A stretch of 60,043 bases of DNA from a virus (taxonomy: Duplodnaviria > Caudoviricetes): the IMG/VR virus record IMGVR_UViG_3300036818_000078, positions 1 through 60,043 of that record; one strand, 5' to 3'. How positions within the stretch are numbered: the first letter of the stretch is position 1; each line of letters starts with the position of its first letter. Positions 53,942 through 60,043 of the stretch are shown in pieces. Under the pieces are notes generated by a model, which was not told the origin of the DNA, did no database searches, and saw only the letters and a list, made by a program, of their open reading frames with translations. The position numbers and the translations under genes were made by a program.

Positions 53942-54493
53942 ATGATACGTTCATTTCAGGTTCAAATCACAGGGATTACACCAGTGATCATTAATCGCTT
54001 TCATGAAGAGGCTGCTGAAGAGGCAACTAGTAGTATGAGGTCAGCACGCAAAGAGCGACCAGCCCCACAAGAAGACGCGGCTAGCCGTCTCTATCAGAAT
54101 GGGAATGGCCCGTTCTTGCCTGCTGAGAACGTCAGACAAAGCATCATTGAAGCTGCAAAACGTTTCAAGCTTGGGAGACGGGCTGCTACAACCGACGTAG
54201 CTGCAGCGGTATTCATATCACCTTTTGAGCTTCCACTAGAAGGTGAGTGGCATGTGGACAGTAGAGCAGTCGTTATTCCTGCAACGGGTGGGCGTATCTT
54301 GCGACACAGGCCGATGTTCGATGAATGGAGTGTCAAATTTCAGCTCCAAATTGACACAGACACAGGCATTGATGAGAAGCTTATAAAAGAGGTATTAGGG
54401 AGTGCAGGAAAGCTAGTAGGAATAGGTGATTTTAGACCAGCTCGCAAGGGACCGTATGGCAGATTTAGTATAGACTCTTGGGAGCAAGAGTAG
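53942..54493 (+). CDS. Stand-alone RAMP/Cas7-like protein (Vipr-like)
   Basis: AAGGAGAGG RBS; RAMP-like 'ITGITPVII', 'PFLPAENVRQSIIEAA', and terminal Gly-rich loop 'GIGDFRP..KGPYGRF'; no other cas genes in the genome. Confidence 0.7.
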   Translation: MIRSFQVQITGITPVIINRFHEEAAEEATSSMRSARKERPAPQEDAASRLYQNGNGPFLPAENVRQSIIEAAKRFKLGRRAATTDVAAAVFISPFELPLEGEWHVDSRAVVIPATGGRILRHRPMFDEWSVKFQLQIDTDTGIDEKLIKEVLGSAGKLVGIGDFRPARKGPYGRFSIDSWEQE

Positions 54494-54783
54494 AGATGAA
54501 ACGCTTTGGGCTACCCACATACCCAATAGCTGATGGTATGCTCGTCAGGAAAAGACCACCTGACGAGCTACAGTGGCTTATAGACCACGGTTTCTTCGTG
54601 TCCTGGAGTTATCATCACCTCATTGTAAAGCTTCCTAATGGGATTTACAGGCTTTACCGCAACACGCAGCCAGTAGGACAAATTGAAGCGGAAGCAGCCA
54701 CGCTTGACGAACTGATACGGGACAACAGCGTGCCGATTGCGATGTACCAATGGCATGATGACAGAGGTGAGGATTTGGCATGA
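54478..54783 (+). CDS. Hypothetical protein (start probably ATG 54496)
   Basis: ORF directly downstream of the RAMP-like gene. Confidence 0.5.
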   Translation: MGARVEMKRFGLPTYPIADGMLVRKRPPDELQWLIDHGFFVSWSYHHLIVKLPNGIYRLYRNTQPVGQIEAEAATLDELIRDNSVPIAMYQWHDDRGEDLA

Positions 54784-54905
54784 GTGAGCCTGTAAAAGAC
54801 GCCTTCCTCATCCTCTTCATCATTATCCTCACTGCCGTGTTTATCTACCTTATCATGATGTCAGGTGCTCTAGAGCCATATGATGATGAAAGTGAGAATG
54901 AATGA

Positions 54906-55160
54906 ATGATAGGACGATTGAAGCGCGTAGTGAGAAGACACTATATCATCACCTATTTAGTAGCAGTTCTCATCATCATAGGTCAATTCTGCTGTCAAGC
55001 CTATCTCGTATTCACAAATAGCGATAAGACGCTCTACCTTGCTATTCCAACTCTTCTTACAGCTTGGATACTAGCAGCAGCAGAGCAAATAAGGACATTA
55101 GAGACGATAAGAAGAGAAGCGTACCTTGCTGCGATTAGGAGGATCAATAGGCTCAACTAG
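54906..55160 (+). CDS. Small two-TM membrane protein
   Basis: Two hydrophobic segments. Confidence 0.55.
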   Translation: MIGRLKRVVRRHYIITYLVAVLIIIGQFCCQAYLVFTNSDKTLYLAIPTLLTAWILAAAEQIRTLETIRREAYLAAIRRINRLN

Positions 55161-55323
55161 GGAAGCATCTCAAGTATATCCGTATGCATGAGATAGAAGG
55201 CAGAATTGGCAGATTGAATGCATGAGATGAGATTGAAAGTATGGGAATTTGACAAACTGCTGAGATGTGAGCTATACTGATGTCTGTAAATTTGCGTTTA
55301 ACGACACCAGAAAGGGAAAAGCT

Positions 55324-56241
55324 ATGTCTCAATCTCTCGACACTACGGATTTCTCAGCCTCTTTGCAAAACGCTACAGGTCAGTTATCAAAGAGATCTAA
55401 GCGCATTTATGAGAATGATGCTAAGGTCTTTGCAAAATGGCTTCTTGATTATAATCTAATACCTGATGTGTTTAGCCGTTCTCATGCCATTGCTTACAGA
55501 GCATACCTAGAAGAAACTTACCAGAAAGCAACGGCTAAACGGATGTTATCGGTAGCACGTCGTATCTTTGCAGAGCAGGTTATGAGTGGCAAGAGATCTG
55601 ATAATCCATTCCAGGATGTAAAAGGGTTCACCGTTGCAAACGAGACGACACATACAGCATTGACGAAAGAGCAAGCTAAAGAATTGCTAGATGCTATTGA
55701 CCAATCAACGCTTATTGGGAAACGTGATTATGCTTTAGTCTCTCTTTTGCTACGAACTGGGATCAGGCGTTCTGAATGTGCTGCTCTCGACATTGGGGAT
55801 TTGCAGAATGAGCAGGGCCATACTATAGCAGTCATCCGTCATGGCAAAGGAGACAAAAGGCGCATTATCAAAATCCCTGTTGATGTCTTTCGATCAATCC
55901 AAGTATATATCAAAAGCGTTGATAGAGTGCGTGATCCATTAGATGCTCCGCTCTTTGCTGGTTTTGATCGGTGGCTCCGCTCTACTGGTGAACGCATTAG
56001 CGATAAGCTGATAGAGCGAACGGTCAAATATTATGGCAGGCTCATAGGGGTACCGAAGCTTACACCGCATGGTCTGCGAGCAACATTCATCACGTTGGCT
56101 CTTGAGGCAGGTGCTACCCTCTTGCAAGTCCAATATGCAGCAGGCCATGATGACCCGCGTACTACAGAGCGCTATCAAACGCGAAAGCTGAATTTGGATG
56201 ATAATGCAGTAGACAAGCTAGCGTTCTTGAGCAGGGAGTGA
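55324..56241 (+). CDS. Tyrosine recombinase/integrase (XerC/D-like)
   Basis: R 'TGIRRSE', K 'HGKGDK', 'HGLR', 'AGH', Y 'TTERY'; TTGACA-18 nt-TATACT promoter at 55249-55278. Confidence 0.9.
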   Translation: MSQSLDTTDFSASLQNATGQLSKRSKRIYENDAKVFAKWLLDYNLIPDVFSRSHAIAYRAYLEETYQKATAKRMLSVARRIFAEQVMSGKRSDNPFQDVKGFTVANETTHTALTKEQAKELLDAIDQSTLIGKRDYALVSLLLRTGIRRSECAALDIGDLQNEQGHTIAVIRHGKGDKRRIIKIPVDVFRSIQVYIKSVDRVRDPLDAPLFAGFDRWLRSTGERISDKLIERTVKYYGRLIGVPKLTPHGLRATFITLALEAGATLLQVQYAAGHDDPRTTERYQTRKLNLDDNAVDKLAFLSRE

Positions 56242-56737
56242 AAGAGGGATAAATCAACCTCACCAGATGGCCCACAACTGCCTTTGCCAAGACCAAACGA
56301 TACAGAGTACCTAGAGCACTAGATGGCCTCTGAAGCTTATCCTAGTGTCATATGGTAGAGGTGATATTGTGAGCCCGCTTCACAGGCGGATCTAGCAATC
56401 TCATCTATTTGTACTGATGAGATACTTGTCATGGTGTGTGGACAAAGTGTGAATAGTATTCTATACTAGAATTGATGAGAGAGCAGGGGAATTTCTCCTA
56501 TTCCTTTGGGGAGTGAACGCCTCTTCCATTCAGTTAGACCGTCTCTTGTTTTTATGTCAAACTGTTCTCTCTTCTTATTCGGTATTTACGCATGTCGAAT
56601 GTGTGAATATAAAAGGTGAGGAAGTACCTCACTTGTACCTTGTTCTATATCCTAACCAGCAACTTATCGAGCATACCAATGAGATTGGGTGAGCCGAGCA
56701 TCCAAGTGCTCGGCTCTACTCACAGGAACATCAATCT

Positions 56738-56905
56738 GGAGAGTGGCGGAAAATGGTAGACGCTCTCATCTTTAGAGATGCATCTTTAGGGATGACTTAG
56801 CTTTGAGGCCAACCAGTCGGGGTCAAGCAGAAGCAAGAGGTAGCAACTCGACCGACGAACGAGCAAACTATCTTATGTGAGGTGCAAATCCTCACCTCTC
56901 CACCA
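56738..56905 (+). ncRNA. tRNA-like RNA with expanded central domain
   Basis: GGAGAG/CTCTCC-A-CCA acceptor, Leu-type D-arm GGCGGAAAATGGTAGACGC, T-like arm GTGAGG-TGCAAAT-CCTCAC, 168 nt overall. Confidence 0.6.
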
Positions 56906-56918
56906 AGAAGGAAGATTT

Positions 56919-57140
56919 ATGGATGATGAAATAAAGATAGGCGAAATAGAGAACGATGCGATTGCATTGACGCTCTACTTCCCATCAGATGAATTTCAGA
57001 AGATGAAAAGCATTCTTGAAGAGTATGACAAGAGAAAGATGGATGAGTACGATGTTATGCCCAAGCTCATGTATTGGGCTTATAAGTCTATCAGATCGAA
57101 TATCCACTCAATAGACTTGCAAAATAAGCTCAAACCGTAA
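56919..57140 (+). CDS. Hypothetical protein
   Basis: GAAGGA RBS before ATG 56919. Confidence 0.55.
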   Translation: MDDEIKIGEIENDAIALTLYFPSDEFQKMKSILEEYDKRKMDEYDVMPKLMYWAYKSIRSNIHSIDLQNKLKP

Positions 57141-57150
57141 AGGGACTGAC

Positions 57151-57777
57151 ATGAACGACGAACGCAAACCATGGGATCAACTAGAGGACGAAGGCGAGTC
57201 GTCGCTCTGGTATGGCCGATTTAGGGCCTACTTGCTCATGGGTTTCAAGCGTTCTGTCAATGCGGTATTTCAACAGGAATTGGAGGAAAGAGGAGGCGAT
57301 TGGAGGGATGAAGCATATGGCAGTTGGTACGATTATGCGAAGAAGTATAGATGGGATGATCGTGTAGCAGCATATGATGCACATTGGATAGAAGAACAAG
57401 ATAAGCTCATTGCACAAGAGCGAGAGGTGGTTATACGCACTGGATTTGCTTTACAGCACAAGCGCATTGAAGCATTAAACAGCACATTAGAAGAACTTCT
57501 TGAGATGAAAAAAGATCATGATAAAGTGTGGTTACCTGATGTAAAAGCAATAGGAAACGGGCCAAATGCAGAGCGTGTTGATCTTGTAAATTTCAATGCT
57601 CCGCTCTTTACGCTTATAGAGAAGTACGCAAATAGTATAGCTGCTGAAATGGGCGAAAGAGTCAAGAGGAAAGATATCACCGTAACAGAGTTGCCACCTA
57701 ACGTGTACCTATTTGATCCAGATGATGATGGAAGTGTTATACAAGCAAAAGAAGGTGAGGAAGATGAGAGAGCATAA
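57151..57777 (+). CDS. Putative terminase small subunit
   Basis: 'PWDQ...GES...Y..F..Y..MG..RS...W...YRW..R..AYD' motif, upstream of the large subunit. Confidence 0.6.
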   Translation: MNDERKPWDQLEDEGESSLWYGRFRAYLLMGFKRSVNAVFQQELEERGGDWRDEAYGSWYDYAKKYRWDDRVAAYDAHWIEEQDKLIAQEREVVIRTGFALQHKRIEALNSTLEELLEMKKDHDKVWLPDVKAIGNGPNAERVDLVNFNAPLFTLIEKYANSIAAEMGERVKRKDITVTELPPNVYLFDPDDDGSVIQAKEGEEDERA

Positions 57778-58183
57778 ATACAGAGCATGGCACAAACGAG
57801 AGAAGAAAATGCATGAAGTGATGTGTATTTACTTTGGGGTGAAATACGGCATGGCTCCTAGTGATCGCGCTGACTTGGTAAGCCTGGAATATAAGAGTGA
57901 ACACTACCGTGTAGGTGAACAGGTTGAGCTCATGCAGTACACAGGACTCAAGGATTGCAAAGGGCAAGAGATCTACGAGGGAGATATCGTTAAAGATCTT
58001 CAGTACATTGGTCAGATTTTAGGTGAACATGAGGTTAAGTATGATGAAGATATGCAACTTAGGCCATTTCACGAAATAGACGGGTATGATGGGGAAATAT
58101 GGATGGATGGAAGAAGGTATGAAGTCATAGGCAATATTTACGAACGTCATAAATTGGTGAGGGAGGAAGATGGTAGCCAGTAA
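57764..58183 (+). CDS. YopX-family protein
   Basis: 'MREHKYRAW', 'LMQYTGLKDCKGQEIYEGDIV', 'EVIGNIYE'. Confidence 0.9.
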   Translation: MREHKYRAWHKREKKMHEVMCIYFGVKYGMAPSDRADLVSLEYKSEHYRVGEQVELMQYTGLKDCKGQEIYEGDIVKDLQYIGQILGEHEVKYDEDMQLRPFHEIDGYDGEIWMDGRRYEVIGNIYERHKLVREEDGSQ

Positions 58184-59564
58184 GCCGTACCTCACCACCA
58201 ACTATAACAAGCTCAAAGTCTCCAAGGACAATCGCCCCTACCGTGCGTTTGGGGGAGCCCTCGAAGCATGGAAGTCTGGTGATAGAGAGGCATTATTCTC
58301 AGGACCAGCAGGAACCGGCAAGAGTAGATTGATACTGCAAAAAATCCACTTCTGTGCTCAAAAATACCCCGGCATGCGTGCTATCATGTGTCGCAAAACG
58401 CGCAAAAGTCTAGCACAATCTGCCATGGTGACATACGAGAAAAAGGTGTTACCTGCTGGCTGGCTAGAGAATAGATATGTTCACTTCAACACCACAGATC
58501 AGCAGTATGAGTACTGCAATGGCTCAATTATAGCCGTAGGTGGCCTAGACGACCCTTCCAAAGTGATGTCTTCTGAATGGGACATGATCTATCCTCAAGA
58601 GGCTACAGAACTGCTAGAAGACGACTGGCAAGCATTAGTTACAAGACTGCGTAACAACGTCATGCCATACCAACAAATTCTAGGGGACTGCAACCCAAGT
58701 TACCCTACACACTGGCTCAAACAGCGCTGTGAGCGCGGCACAACACGTATGATCCTCTCCAAGCATGCAGACAACCCAAGCCTGGACAAGGACTATCTCA
58801 AGTCTCTCAAGAACTCTCTACACGGTGTGATGAAGCTACGCTTATTCGATGGCATATGGGCTGCAGCAGAGGGACTGGTATACGACAATTGGGACCCGGC
58901 TGTCCACATTGTCACGAAAAAGCAGCTCACAGACTGGAATATCTTTCATCCTGACGGCACGCTCAACCGACTCAAGATCAAAAGTGTTGTAGCTGGTGTT
59001 GACTGGGGGTTTACCAATCCAGGTTCAATTGGCATTTATGTGATTGATAATGACAATAGAATGTACATGATGCGAGAAGTGTACAGAACAAGACGACTTA
59101 TTGGTTGGTGGGTAGAGCAAGCACAAGCGTTACATAAGGAGTTTAACGTTGATGAGTGGATATGTGACCCGTCTGAACCTGCTTACATCAGTGACTTTTG
59201 CAATGCAGGTTTGAACGCGTTTGGAGCAAACAACGAAATCAGGCCAGGGGTTGACGCAGCACTCGAGCGTCTTGATGTACGTGCCGATGGGAGAGCAGGT
59301 TTCTACATGTACGAATTTGCGCTCCAAGACAGGGATGAGTTGCGAGACAATAGTCACCAACCCGTCTCCTTTGAGAATGAGATCAATGCCTATGTATGGC
59401 CTCAATTAAAAGACGGACAACCTGTAAAAGAAGTACCTGTAAAACTGAACGACCATTCAATGGATCAATGGAGATATACGTGCAAACACTTACATGTAGA
59501 CTCTGGTATCACAGAACTTGATAGTAACCTTGTAGAGTCGTTATACAGCTATGTGGGGTACTGA
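58170..59564 (+). CDS. terL: Terminase large subunit (PBSX/Terminase_3-like)
   Basis: Walker A 'GPAGTGKS', Walker B-like 'IYPQEATE', 'CNP...HW', nuclease 'GVDWGFTNP' and 'NDHSMDQWRY'. Confidence 0.9.
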   Translation: MVASKPYLTTNYNKLKVSKDNRPYRAFGGALEAWKSGDREALFSGPAGTGKSRLILQKIHFCAQKYPGMRAIMCRKTRKSLAQSAMVTYEKKVLPAGWLENRYVHFNTTDQQYEYCNGSIIAVGGLDDPSKVMSSEWDMIYPQEATELLEDDWQALVTRLRNNVMPYQQILGDCNPSYPTHWLKQRCERGTTRMILSKHADNPSLDKDYLKSLKNSLHGVMKLRLFDGIWAAAEGLVYDNWDPAVHIVTKKQLTDWNIFHPDGTLNRLKIKSVVAGVDWGFTNPGSIGIYVIDNDNRMYMMREVYRTRRLIGWWVEQAQALHKEFNVDEWICDPSEPAYISDFCNAGLNAFGANNEIRPGVDAALERLDVRADGRAGFYMYEFALQDRDELRDNSHQPVSFENEINAYVWPQLKDGQPVKEVPVKLNDHSMDQWRYTCKHLHVDSGITELDSNLVESLYSYVGY

Positions 59565-59565
59565 T

Positions 59566-60043
59566 ATGGGATTTATGTCACAAATGTGGAACGCTGGCCG
59601 CGCGTGGGTAGCCGCTCGCCGTGCCTATGACGAGCCAGGACTTGGTGGTCAATATCGTTCGTACTACAGGAGGATGTCAGAATATGACTTGCTTTGGAGT
59701 TACTACAACAGCTCAGCTTTTGACAAGGCTGCCAGATTCCTCAATAGTCAGGCCAGCGGAACCTATGGGCCTTTCCTCTGGGACCGATATAAGGCAAATT
59801 ATAATCTGTACAGAAACATTCGTCTCATATACAACCCTACAACGCGACTCGTCAACTTCTATGCTGGACAGATCTATCCAGGTATACTCTCTGAAGACGG
59901 CTCAAAACTACCCGATGGAGTTCCCTTGGCTATCCCCTTTAGTGACGACACATCTCCTGCTCTCAAGACGGCTATAGCGCAATTGTGGACATGGAGCAAC
60001 TGGCAACAGAAGAAAGCAGTTGAAGTTCGCTACGGAGCAGCAC
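59566..60043 (+). CDS. Portal protein, N-terminal part (continues at position 1)
   Basis: ATG 1 nt after the terL stop; MGFMSQMWNAGRAW...; 117 codons to 59916, in frame with ORF 10-1317. Confidence 0.8.
   Translation, partial: MGFMSQMWNAGRAWVAARRAYDEPGLGGQYRSYYRRMSEYDLLWSYYNSSAFDKAARFLNSQASGTYGPFLWDRYKANYNLYRNIRLIYNPTTRLVNFYAGQIYPGILSEDGSKLPDGVPLAIPFSDDTSPALKTAIAQLWTWSNWQQKKAVEVRYGAA

Noticed and set aside
56738-56905. tmRNA
   Set aside because: Too short, no G3-U70 pair, and the only tag-like stretch (ANYLM-stop) ends within the T-arm
59621-59977. 118-aa ORF in the track
   Set aside because: Alternate frame of the portal N-terminus starting at 59566
59917-60043. Biological terminal repeat
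   Set aside because: Falls mid-gene and its length matches a common assembly k-mer; treated as circular overlap

Overview
The window looks like a complete, circularly assembled temperate siphovirus-type phage genome of 59,916 bp. Its first 127 nt are repeated at the end, and the portal gene is split across that junction. The + strand carries the terminase-portal-scaffold-capsid-neck-tail-tape measure-tail spike genes and a lysis cassette. Three antisense tRNAs and a papain-like protease follow. A leftward early/replication block (25.8-39.5 kb) encodes HTH/RHH regulators, a Dam-type methylase, a primase and an AAA_25 helicase with embedded iterons. A rightward block encodes GIY-YIG and HNH nucleases, an SLT, a Sak4-like ATPase and a tyrosine recombinase. 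The host is possibly Chloroflexota (inference only). The standout is at 52.7-54.5 kb: a 508-nt non-coding array of 96 GGY-NN pentamers, punctuated by GGTW tetramers. It lies between a DUF559 nuclease gene and a stand-alone RAMP/Cas7-like gene, making it a candidate RNA-guided, non-CRISPR system (VIPR-like). Secondary signals: a 168-nt tRNA-like RNA with an expanded centre, three candidate recoding sites, covarying hairpins in the scaffold mRNA, a 30-bp perfect palindrome, and shared operators in early promoters. All calls come from reading motifs by eye; no searches were run.
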